Of a DNA stretch of 64,000 nt, positions 9,213 through 16,909 are shown piece after piece. The notes under the pieces are model-generated. The model was not told the DNA's origin. It searched no databases and was given only the letters and a program-made list of their open reading frames with translations. The position numbers and the translations under genes were made by a program. Every line of letters starts with the position of its first letter. Within the stretch, counting starts at the first letter, position 1. The DNA is from a virus (Duplodnaviria > Caudoviricetes), in the IMG/VR virus record IMGVR_UViG_3300014664_000015, positions 11,996-75,995 of that record; one strand, written 5' to 3'.

Positions 9213-9248
9213 CATTATCAAGCCCACCAGCAGCCAGGCTTTGTCGTG
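9213..9248. repeat. Hairpin motif (CACGAC-A-stem-loop-GATAATG on minus strand), copy B
   Basis: AAGCCT/GGGCTT stem; ends resemble the copy at 8698-8734. Confidence 0.5.
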
Positions 9249-9399
9249 ACTAGCAGTCAGCATCAGCTCTGAAGCAATAATTAATACTGTTCTATAAGTT
9301 AAAATCCAAATATAACGAATTTGAATATTAATTTTAATATTCAACCCTGTTTGTTGAACAATGAACTACAGTCAAAGCCTCCTTGTAAGGATGGCTTAT

Positions 9400-9657
9400 T
9401 TAGCCGCCCTTCCCAACTTTTGGATTTCGGTTCGGAAGGGTACTTTTTCCTTGGCAGTTCGCCTGCCACGCTTTGTTATGCGCCAGGATGTCGCGCTTCG
9501 TCTGGCGGTCTAGCACATCCCAGTCGTGCGCTGTGCCGTAAATGGGTTTAATCCAATCGCAAGCGGTATCCACTACCTCAACCCTTACGGGTCCAGTTGT
9601 CCCGCAGCTCGCGATCAACATCGTCGCCAGGCATATGGTTAACATTCTGCTGTACAT
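9400..9657 (-). CDS. Outer-membrane spanin lipoprotein (Rz1-like)
   Basis: Signal peptide with LIASC lipobox; overlaps inner spanin. Confidence 0.85.
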   Translation of the reverse strand: MYSRMLTICLATMLIASCGTTGPVRVEVVDTACDWIKPIYGTAHDWDVLDRQTKRDILAHNKAWQANCQGKSTLPNRNPKVGKGG

Positions 9658-9847
9658 TGCTGGCCTCTTTCGTTGCTTCTACCCGGCGTTCTGCTACCGT
9701 GGCCGTTGCCGCTGCGTTATCTTCGGTGCGCTGCTGGTCGGCTTTCGCTTCCGCTTTGCTGGAGCCGCGAATATGGCCCAGGCCAAAAGCGCCGACGATA
9801 GCGGAAATCACCAATGCGGCCAGCCCTATTATCGTTTCGATACCCAC
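9578..9847 (-). CDS. Inner-membrane spanin (Rz-like)
   Basis: N-terminal TM helix then coiled coil; GTG start after GAGG. Confidence 0.8.
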   Translation of the reverse strand: MGIETIIGLAALVISAIVGAFGLGHIRGSSKAEAKADQQRTEDNAAATATVAERRVEATKEASNVQQNVNHMPGDDVDRELRDNWTRKG

Positions 9848-9854
9848 ATTCACC

Positions 9855-10484
9855 TCACACCAGAACGGATTTCGCCAGGTTAAACAGCGCGCGGCGTTTA
9901 TCCATACCATTACGTCCACCGTTGATAAGCAGCGTAACGCGCTCAACATCGCCGGAATGAAGCAGGCAACCGCGGGAGGCATAGAACCATGCAGCTGAAC
10001 GCGCAGCATATTCATCCTGTTCAAGCAGCTCCGGGTGGGTAACAAGGTCTAGTCTCAACGCGTGGCCACAACTGCGATAGTTGCTCAGGCCGGTAACCTG
10101 TTTCAGCCCGCGACCGCGATATTTCCAGCCATCACCGGCAACCTGATTGCCAAGGTGTTCTTTTCCCCACTCACCACCGTATACCAGATTGGCGATCGCT
10201 TTCTGGTTTGCCGTTTGCGTTGCCGTTCTGCCAAGTGCGGCGGCCTGCTGTTGCGTGATGCGGTGGCTACCGAACGTCGGTACCAGGTTTTCAACCGCGT
10301 AATTCAGGCTCTCCACCAGCCGGGTAAATCTGGTGCTTTCATGCCCCATCTGGGCAATAAACATCGCCTGATCAAGCGGTGCGGTTATACCGTATTCCTT
10401 CATAGCGGCGTCGATATGCGGAAACCAGCGCGCAGCTAACCCGGCGCTGATACCAGCCGCCTTCTGAAATTGTGCTTTGTCCAT
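9855..10484 (-). CDS. Endolysin, glycoside hydrolase family 19
   Basis: AQMGHES, YRGRGLKQVTG, INGGRNG motifs. Confidence 0.95.
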   Translation of the reverse strand: MDKAQFQKAAGISAGLAARWFPHIDAAMKEYGITAPLDQAMFIAQMGHESTRFTRLVESLNYAVENLVPTFGSHRITQQQAAALGRTATQTANQKAIANLVYGGEWGKEHLGNQVAGDGWKYRGRGLKQVTGLSNYRSCGHALRLDLVTHPELLEQDEYAARSAAWFYASRGCLLHSGDVERVTLLINGGRNGMDKRRALFNLAKSVLV

Positions 10485-10765
10485 TAGTGCCTCAGATGAT
10501 CAACCAGACGTGCAACGTTGCCTTTGACGGCCACCAGCACTGAAAGAAATATGATATTGGCCGCAATGGTGGCCCATGATGAATGCGGGTAAATCCCGCA
10601 CAGATACGCCAGCGGTACAGCGCTGTAAGTGACGGTAATCAGCCAGGCTAAACGCGAAATCCATGGCCGATGCCGCGAATCACCACGGCGATAAAACATC
10701 AGAGTAATCACAACTCCGGCGCAGAGCAGCGCGTTGATAGTTGCTGTTGGGTCATTTAGTACCAC
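10484..10765 (-). CDS. Holin-family membrane protein
   Basis: Three TM segments, directly before endolysin. Confidence 0.8.
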   Translation of the reverse strand: MVLNDPTATINALLCAGVVITLMFYRRGDSRHRPWISRLAWLITVTYSAVPLAYLCGIYPHSSWATIAANIIFLSVLVAVKGNVARLVDHLRH

Positions 10766-11138
10766 CTGAACCTCCCCGGCGCGTTATCAGCGCCACCAGC
10801 GAGCCGATGTCCTGCTTGTTCAGGAACGTAAGGATTTGAACGGCTAACGCAGAAGCGATTACGGCACCGATAGCATCCAGAGGCTTATCGGTGTACCCCG
10901 TCCAGGACGTGAGTTTTGAACCCAACAGCCCCGAACAAAGAATGCCGACGATATACGACACGAAGAAGTATGCCAGGCGACGTAACACACTCAGGTCAGC
11001 CGCTGTCGCTATGTAGAATACGGCGCCAGCAAATGCACCAAAAACGACACCGTAATCAGTTCCGGTCAATAGACCGTAAACACTGGCTCCAGTCAAAGCT
11101 AAACCGGCCAGCCCCGTGCCGGAAAATGGATCGGACAT
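10752..11138 (-). CDS. Putative holin/antiholin membrane protein
   Basis: Multiple TM segments, first gene of lysis cassette. Confidence 0.8.
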   Translation of the reverse strand: MSDPFSGTGLAGLALTGASVYGLLTGTDYGVVFGAFAGAVFYIATAADLSVLRRLAYFFVSYIVGILCSGLLGSKLTSWTGYTDKPLDAIGAVIASALAVQILTFLNKQDIGSLVALITRRGGSGGTK

Positions 11139-11231
11139 CGGTCCCCCTCATATTGCTGTGAATCCTCTCAGTAAATTTGAGGGGAAATAAAAAAAGGCCA
11201 CCCAATGGCAGCCTTATTAGATAAGCGTTTA

Positions 11232-11441
11232 TTAATATCGCTTCGCAGCGCTTACTGGTGTTCTTTCTGACCAATCAGGCCTCTCTCCAGCCATGATCGC
11301 ACGCTGTTGCGTCGGCGTCACAGACTGGGTGATGTCAGGCATTGGTTTGTAATCAGGTTGTTTAGGTGGGCTTAAAACCAGATCAGAACTACAACCTGAC
11401 AGCAGAAAAATCGCAAGTAAGGATGAATTAAACTTGAACAC
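11232..11441 (-). CDS. Small lipoprotein moron
   Basis: GTG start, FLLSGC lipobox, followed by terminator. Confidence 0.7.
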   Translation of the reverse strand: MFKFNSSLLAIFLLSGCSSDLVLSPPKQPDYKPMPDITQSVTPTQQRAIMAGERPDWSERTPVSAAKRY

Positions 11442-11478
11442 TCTATACCCTTCCAATGGGACGAAAGTTTGAAAAATC

Positions 11479-11586
11479 TGTGGCGCCGGGTGCCTCCCGG
11501 TGACTTATCTCTGGTTATCAAAGTCGCGCGCATACCTGCAAATAGCAGTTAACCAGACGCCCCACCGCTTAGATGGGATTCACCAC
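11479..11586 (-). ncRNA. Structured RNA motif, copy 1
   Basis: GTGGTGAATCCC...ACCGGGAGGCACCCGGCGCCAC multi-stem; TTGACC-18-TAAGTT promoter immediately upstream. Confidence 0.65.
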
Positions 11587-11695
11587 ATGCATAACTTACT
11601 CAGGATATATTCACGCGGTCAATAGTTTATCTGTATCGACAAAAAAAGCCTGCTCGGCAGCAGGCATAGTTGCTAAGTTGGCAATAGCTGAGAGA

Positions 11696-11808
11696 GTGGT
11701 GCCGGGTGCCTCCCGGTGAGAATTACTCCAGCAAACATTCCCGCGTCTGAGAGGTTTCCTTTTCAGGTAACTGCTGGAACGCCCCTCCGCATAGGGGGAT
11801 TCACCACC
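11696..11808 (-). ncRNA. Structured RNA motif, copy 2
   Basis: GTGGTGAATCCCCCT...ACCGGGAGGCACCCGGCACCAC; followed by terminator at ~11641-11665. Confidence 0.65.
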
Positions 11809-11898
11809 AAAATGCTTTCAGAACACATCCATTCCGCAGGATGCTTAAATAGCATATGTGCAGTACAAAGAATCTGCCAAGTAATCAGATGAATATAT

Positions 11899-12090
11899 TC
11901 ATTTCAGTGGCACAGACAGTGGGCCTTCAATCACTTCAGCCTCACCGTTATGGCAAATATCATCACCTCGTGTCAGATGCCAGACACCAGTTATTGTCTG
12001 GCCCGTTTCAAGATCCTCAGTGATACCGTCGGTGTAGTAAGCTACCTGCACTACGCCGTTGTGCTGTATCCAGTAGAAACCTTCTTTCAT
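11899..12090 (-). CDS. Small hypothetical phage protein
   Basis: 63 aa MKEGFYWIQHNG..., AGGAG SD. Confidence 0.7.
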   Translation of the reverse strand: MKEGFYWIQHNGVVQVAYYTDGITEDLETGQTITGVWHLTRGDDICHNGEAEVIEGPLSVPLK

Positions 12091-12179
12091 TGCCGTCTCC
12101 TCCTTGTGAGGATTTGATTATATGGCAGCGGTGAGAGTGTTGGCGTTAAAAATACTAAATCATTAGTGAAGTAAATCTC

Positions 12180-12256
12180 TGGTCCGCCATCGAGGATTCG
12201 AACCCCGAACCACAGAGGTAGAAGCTCCGTGCTCTTTCCAGTTGAGCTAATGGCGG
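12180..12256 (-). tRNA. tRNA-Arg(UCU)
   Basis: 77-nt cloverleaf: CCGCCAT/ATGGCGG acceptor, anticodon loop CT-TCT-AC, TTCGAAT T-loop, encoded CCA. Confidence 0.93.
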
Positions 12257-12521
12257 AAAAAAAAGACCAGCAATGAGCAGCTGGTCATGGGTCATGCAGT
12301 TTTCTCTGCGATGTAGGTGTATCCCCACCAAGTGTTATCAGTATCGAGAGCATTATCGAATGCCAGATTAACTATAGCACCGATGAAAAAATTCACTCTG
12401 TGAAAGGCCATCAGGAATGATCAGCCCACAGTGACAGACACACCGATGGTTCCCTATGGCTCTTCCCTGAAAGACTCTGTGGTTGAATTGGGCCAAACGT
12501 GGCGCGAAGAATTGCAGGCAG

Positions 12522-12547
12522 AAAAAAACCCGCTCCAGGCGGGTTTT
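12522..12547 (-). terminator. Terminator after 57-aa gene
   Basis: AAACCCGC/GCGGGTTT stem plus T7. Confidence 0.8.
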
Positions 12548-12566
12548 CAAAAAGCACCAGCTATGT

Positions 12567-12740
12567 TCATGCTGCTTTGCGATGGCGCGGCTTACCCTGC
12601 TTTTCCTTACCGGAAACAGTGGCGTCAGTAAACGCGTTAGGAGCAGCCTTCATTAGCACTTCAACAGCAGCACCCATACCTGCGAATGCTTTCATTGTGT
12701 CGAATTTCACTTGTGGCTTGGTCACTTTTTGAGTTTTCAT
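12567..12740 (-). CDS. 57-aa basic protein (below ORF-track cutoff)
   Basis: MKTQKVTKPQVKFDTMKAFAGMGAAVEVLMKAAPNAF..., GAGG SD, terminator downstream. Confidence 0.8.
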   Translation of the reverse strand: MKTQKVTKPQVKFDTMKAFAGMGAAVEVLMKAAPNAFTDATVSGKEKQGKPRHRKAA

Positions 12741-12919
12741 GATTACCTCTGAGACTAATGTGCCTCTTCTTTCATAATAAAGGTAGCACCGTGGCTACCC
12801 TTTACCAATCGTTCTCACCGATTGGTATCATCAAAGCATCTGCCAAGATAGCTTGATGATTATGTTTACCTGAAAGGTAAATTTGGAAGGTAATCCTACA
12901 ATGTGTAACGGGATCCCGT

Positions 12920-13459
12920 CTAGCCTAATTGTGCGAATTTGAGGAAAACAGCTTCGATTGTCGTTGTTTCACAGACCATAACATACCCACTCTTATCCAG
13001 AACGAAGCCAAACGAAGAATAGTAACCAAGCAGCTCCGGCACTGGTTCAATAATGCGGATTTCTTCACATTCAACTGCTTTGCAGAACATATACGCACTC
13101 ATGAGCGTGATCAGAACCATGCGTCCTTTAAGTGGATGCTCTTCATCATCACGAGTGAAGCGCTCAATCATATGAATGTTGAATGTGTGGCTTTCGGTGT
13201 CGAAAACGCATAAAGCAGCGCCATCGGGTACGCCCTGCACTGCACCATGCGCTACGAACTTGATGCATAGCTCAAATTTGCTTGGATCGTTTCCATGGGT
13301 AGCGAGCGCATAATCCCACTCTAACTGACCAAAACCACCACAAAGTATTCTATAGTCATCATCGCTGATTGGGCCGACAGCCAATGGAAGCTGAATATTA
13401 TCCAAAATAAGCTGGATATTATTTCTAACTGATTGGCCAATCTCTTCCAATGAAAGCAT
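12920..13459 (-). CDS. GNAT-like (acetyltransferase-fold) protein
   Basis: C-terminal EPVPELLGYYSSFGF resembles GNAT motif B; GAGG SD before ATG 13459. Confidence 0.6.
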   Translation of the reverse strand: MLSLEEIGQSVRNNIQLILDNIQLPLAVGPISDDDYRILCGGFGQLEWDYALATHGNDPSKFELCIKFVAHGAVQGVPDGAALCVFDTESHTFNIHMIERFTRDDEEHPLKGRMVLITLMSAYMFCKAVECEEIRIIEPVPELLGYYSSFGFVLDKSGYVMVCETTTIEAVFLKFAQLG

Positions 13460-13552
13460 AAACACCTCAACAAGCGAAACGCGACGAATGCTTAGTTTAC
13501 CCTATCCTACTTGCGGAGGGTGTACCTGAGTTGAAAAAGATATGTATAGAAA

Positions 13553-13613
13553 CGGCGATATGACAGGGGTACTGGTGCAATGCACCTTCGCGAATACCCC
13601 TGTCGTATCGCCG
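13553..13613. other. 61-nt long hairpin downstream of tR'
   Basis: CGGCGATA/TATCGCCG and GACAGGGGTA/TACCCCTGTC arms with internal GGTGCA/TGCACC stem. Confidence 0.8.
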
Positions 13614-13619
13614 GATAAC

Positions 13620-13643
13620 AAAAAACCCCGACAGGCGGGGTTT
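13620..13643 (-). terminator. tR'-like terminator
   Basis: AAACCCCGC/CGGGGTTTTTT downstream of pR'. Confidence 0.75.
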
Positions 13644-13709
13644 CAAGTTTTTTCAAATTGTCGCTTTACATCGCTGCCATCGTGGCGCAGCTCTGCCAAG
13701 CATGAAGTG

Positions 13710-13737
13710 ATTATCTGATTTTCTGGCCCATTTTCAA
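13710..13737 (-). promoter_or_regulatory. Late promoter pR' candidate (prophage 1)
   Basis: TTGAAA-16-GATAAT just downstream of Q gene. Confidence 0.6.
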
Positions 13738-13779
13738 TACTTCATTGCACCAATAGCACTTTTTGCCAAATCACGATTA

Positions 13780-14385
13780 TCATGAATTTTCTTTCAGGGA
13801 ATTCCGCGCTGACAAAAAAACCTTTGCCCTGAATATTTCCAGGCACCAGCGCACCCGCTTTCTGGCCTCTGATTCAGTCAGCCATGGCGCGAGATTCTGA
13901 AGATCTCTGGTTATATCAGAGATTTTTTTTCGGGTGGTGTAATACTGGTTCCCTACAATGTAAACCGGATCCTTCATATCGAACGCCTGAAGCACAGCTC
14001 CTTCCACAAACTCGGCGTCATCGCTGTTCATCGCCTCGGCAATTACACTGACAGGCGGTTCGGGCCACAGGATCGAACGAGCACGTCTCAACGCCTGCTC
14101 ACCACGGAACCCTTCTTCCCTTGCCTGGTTCAACGCTGCGGTAAAACGCTCGAGCGCTTTATCAGACCAGTTCTTTCCCCTAAGGACATTCCAGCACGAA
14201 TGCCCGCAAGGTTTTGCCGGGGCTGTGCCTCCGCGAACATTTTCGCCCCAGACCGTAAGGAGAGATTTAATCCACCCCGACTGAACATCTGTAAGCAAAA
14301 TGCTTTTCCCCAGCCAGCTCTTGCGTGGTGCCATTGCGGTTTTACCCAGCCCTTCTAAATACTGGCGTTTCTGGCGTGGCGTCAT
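13780..14385 (-). CDS. Late antiterminator Q
   Basis: 201 aa at end of nin region upstream of pR'/tR'; C-terminal HTH-like segment. Confidence 0.8.
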   Translation of the reverse strand: MTPRQKRQYLEGLGKTAMAPRKSWLGKSILLTDVQSGWIKSLLTVWGENVRGGTAPAKPCGHSCWNVLRGKNWSDKALERFTAALNQAREEGFRGEQALRRARSILWPEPPVSVIAEAMNSDDAEFVEGAVLQAFDMKDPVYIVGNQYYTTRKKISDITRDLQNLAPWLTESEARKRVRWCLEIFRAKVFLSARNSLKENS

Positions 14386-14738
14386 TTCATATCCTCGATA
14401 ATTATCATGCCGGTTTCACCCCATACTTTTGATGTATGGGTGTCCCAAATATGGGAGTCATCCTCGAACAGTGCGTCCAGAAGCGATTTTGTGAGATTGT
14501 CCAGATCTGGCTTTACCTGGTGCGGCTGCCCGTCCATAGCTGCGCGTTTTTTCTTGCTCCAGCTCTTAGGCATCGGTAAAACAAAAGTGATATGGGCACC
14601 GTTCTCCGGCACCTGAATGTCATGCAGGCGGGCCTCGTCACAAAACATGCGATATCGCATCACTGACGGCCGCTGTTTCCATTTATCACGGCGTGTCATG
14701 CGGGGTTTTCCAACAGGGGTGATGATGTATTTAGGCAT
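14382..14738 (-). CDS. RusA-family Holliday junction resolvase
   Basis: KPDLDNLTKSLLDAL..DD motif. Confidence 0.85.
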   Translation of the reverse strand: MPKYIITPVGKPRMTRRDKWKQRPSVMRYRMFCDEARLHDIQVPENGAHITFVLPMPKSWSKKKRAAMDGQPHQVKPDLDNLTKSLLDALFEDDSHIWDTHTSKVWGETGMIIIEDMK

Positions 14739-15027
14739 GGGCTTCCTCGCCCAACAGATAGAGCACCTGCACCAGAAGCTCAGCTTCAGTGCCGTACTTC
14801 ATTTCCCAGGCACGGCGGCCAGCATGAATCGCCACACCGTAACCGCCATTGCGATGGTGTGTATGGCAAAGGGGAATTGATTTCCGATGATCAGCACGTT
14901 GGCTTGTGCCCTGCCCTGTCCGGATATGGTGGATTTCCGCAGGCGTTTCGCCGAGGTTTAGATTTTTACAAACGATGCAGCCGAGCTCGGCCACACGCGC
15001 AAGATGGATGCGGGCTGCTTTTTTCAT
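14731..15027 (-). CDS. Ref-like HNH nuclease (recombination enhancement)
   Basis: CIVC...EIHHIR...IPLCHTHH zinc/HNH pattern. Confidence 0.75.
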   Translation of the reverse strand: MKKAARIHLARVAELGCIVCKNLNLGETPAEIHHIRTGQGTSQRADHRKSIPLCHTHHRNGGYGVAIHAGRRAWEMKYGTEAELLVQVLYLLGEEAHA

Positions 15028-15166
15028 GCCGGACCACCAGCATAAGCAGAAAAACCGCGCAGGAATGGACGGTCCAGGTAAATCGGGGTATTTCTTTGCG
15101 CCATCACTATTCTCCGGTGATGGTGCGACAGGTGCTGGTTGTTCAGGCCAGCTTGATTATTATAAA

Positions 15167-15334
15167 TCAGTTGTCAGGGTTGCGGAAGCGCTCAAGGCAT
15201 TGTCGCAGTGCTTCTCGGGTAATGAGTATTGCTTCAGCAGGCACCGGGATCACAATAAAGGAGCCATCCTCCTGGCTCACTACCTCATAACGTCCAGCAG
15301 GGCGAACGGCAGCGATTAATTCTTGCTCATTCAT
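15167..15334 (-). CDS. 55-aa hypothetical protein
   Basis: MNEQELIAAVRPAGRYEVV... translated by hand. Confidence 0.6.
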   Translation of the reverse strand: MNEQELIAAVRPAGRYEVVSQEDGSFIVIPVPAEAILITREALRQCLERFRNPDN

Positions 15335-15512
15335 AACGAAAAATCCTATTCATTTCAGTCATCCCCGACAGATCGGGGTCGGCCCTTTTTCCCCTGCGCG
15401 CTGAACGTAACTTAAGCAGTACCCCTACTGAAGGTCTAATAGGTTAGAAAGATCAATTAACCGTAATTGACCTGTCTAACCGATCGGCTCTAATGCACAG
15501 GATTAATGGAGC

Positions 15513-15836
15513 TCATATCACCGGCAAGAGGTCATTATCGGCTACACGGTTCAGGAAGAACGTCACTACCCCAAGCACATTCGCGTCATCCAGTGAATCG
15601 CCTTCGATGGCCTCCCCATCCTGTGTGATGAGTGCTTTTCCCTGAACAGAAGCGAAGTCCCAACTTCCGCAGAAAGAGATCAAAACCGTGTCACCCGCCT
15701 TCGGTCTTTTGGCAACATTTATAATTGCGTATCCGGCTGAAGTTTCGATAGTCCGGCAATTACCGTCGTAGCCGCAAAGTCTGCCGACGGTGAGCGTTGA
15801 TTCTGCATAGTCTTTTGCTGGTGATGGAAAACCCAT
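15513..15836 (-). CDS. UmuD'-like (S24-fold, pre-cleaved form) protein
   Basis: Starts MGFPSPAKDY, matching the UmuD' N-terminus; LexA box upstream. Confidence 0.75.
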   Translation of the reverse strand: MGFPSPAKDYAESTLTVGRLCGYDGNCRTIETSAGYAIINVAKRPKAGDTVLISFCGSWDFASVQGKALITQDGEAIEGDSLDDANVLGVVTFFLNRVADNDLLPVI

Positions 15837-15858
15837 GATAACCACCCCTGTAAAGCCA

Positions 15859-15874
15859 CTGTATATTTATACAG
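15859..15874. promoter_or_regulatory. LexA (SOS) box
   Basis: CTGTATATTTATACAG fits CTG-N10-CAG consensus. Confidence 0.9.
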
Positions 15875-15941
15875 TAACACCAAAAAAAAGAGGGTCAAGA
15901 ATTTGGGCGTAAAAAACCCGCCGAAGCGGGTAAGTGATTAA

Positions 15942-16031
15942 TCAATAATCAATTCTTCTCCAAACCAGCACCATCAGCACGATAAAAACCACCAGCCAGA
16001 CTGCGCCTGATATCAGCTCCATCAGGTACAC
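15942..16031 (-). CDS. Small single-TM peptide
   Basis: (MYL)MELISGAVWLVVFIVLMVLVWRRIDY, coupled to upstream stop, terminator downstream. Confidence 0.5.
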   Translation of the reverse strand: MYLMELISGAVWLVVFIVLMVLVWRRIDY

Positions 16032-16909
16032 TTTTTCACCTCATGCTGCGGCGCTGCTTTGATATGCAGTCGCGGCTCGCCGTCTTTCGGCTCTGGCCAC
16101 TGGCGCGCCATATTAACCTTCAGCTTTTCTTCCATCGCTGCTGTAATTTCACCATCGCTGATACCGGCGCGGCGCTGTGCATCCCATAACAAGAACTGCA
16201 TGTCAGCCCACTCACTGAGATCATCAGGTTCCTCTGCTGCTTCGAGTGCCTCTTTCGACAGATGCTTGAGCGAGCCGACAGGACCAACATCACCGAACGT
16301 GGCCTGTGACCATTCAGCATGGCGCTGACGGATTAAATTGCGCAATTGCAAAGATGAACTGGTTTCTTCCGGCAACTTGTTAGCCGTCGTTACAGGTTCG
16401 GATTTACCCTGATTTATGCCGGTGGACGACTCGGCGTTTTTTGGTGAATAATCCAGTTCTGGCGCGGGCTGGATGGTGGAGGGCAACTTGGCATTTTCGG
16501 CCCCCTGAAGCATGGCGGCGCGGCAGGCGTTCCAGATTTTCTGTGCCAATAATTTATCGCCAATGTTATGCGCCAGCAGGCTGACAATCTGACCTGCCAG
16601 GCCTTTTGGCATTTCCTCTGGTAACATCGGCGCTGGCGAGGCGGTGTATAGTTTGATAACACGATGCGGGTCTGCGTTCGGCGTAATAGGGTTTGCTGTA
16701 AACAGGTAGCCGCAGCCGTATTTCTCAACATCACGCAATTCTTGCTCATCAGTCCACGCTACAGGATCAGCCATCAGAGACGCCAGAGCCCGTTTCATCG
16801 CCTCAAGCGCCATAGCGGCATCTTCGTTTACAGCGCCGGGCGTCGCATCGCGATCTTCTTCAAGCTCTGCTATGGTCTGCTTTAGCCAAGCTTTTAGGGT
16901 AGTGCTCAT
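16022..16909 (-). CDS. Eaa-like protein with C-terminal DUF550 (MazG-like dATP/dGTP diphosphohydrolase) domain
   Basis: HAEWSQATFG..GPVGSLKHLSKE...EWAD motif. Confidence 0.75.
   Translation of the reverse strand: MSTTLKAWLKQTIAELEEDRDATPGAVNEDAAMALEAMKRALASLMADPVAWTDEQELRDVEKYGCGYLFTANPITPNADPHRVIKLYTASPAPMLPEEMPKGLAGQIVSLLAHNIGDKLLAQKIWNACRAAMLQGAENAKLPSTIQPAPELDYSPKNAESSTGINQGKSEPVTTANKLPEETSSSLQLRNLIRQRHAEWSQATFGDVGPVGSLKHLSKEALEAAEEPDDLSEWADMQFLLWDAQRRAGISDGEITAAMEEKLKVNMARQWPEPKDGEPRLHIKAAPQHEVKKCT

Noticed and set aside
14859-15319. Plus-strand ORFs of 143 and 137 aa in the nin region
   Set aside because: Opposite to operon direction and overlap better-supported minus-strand genes.
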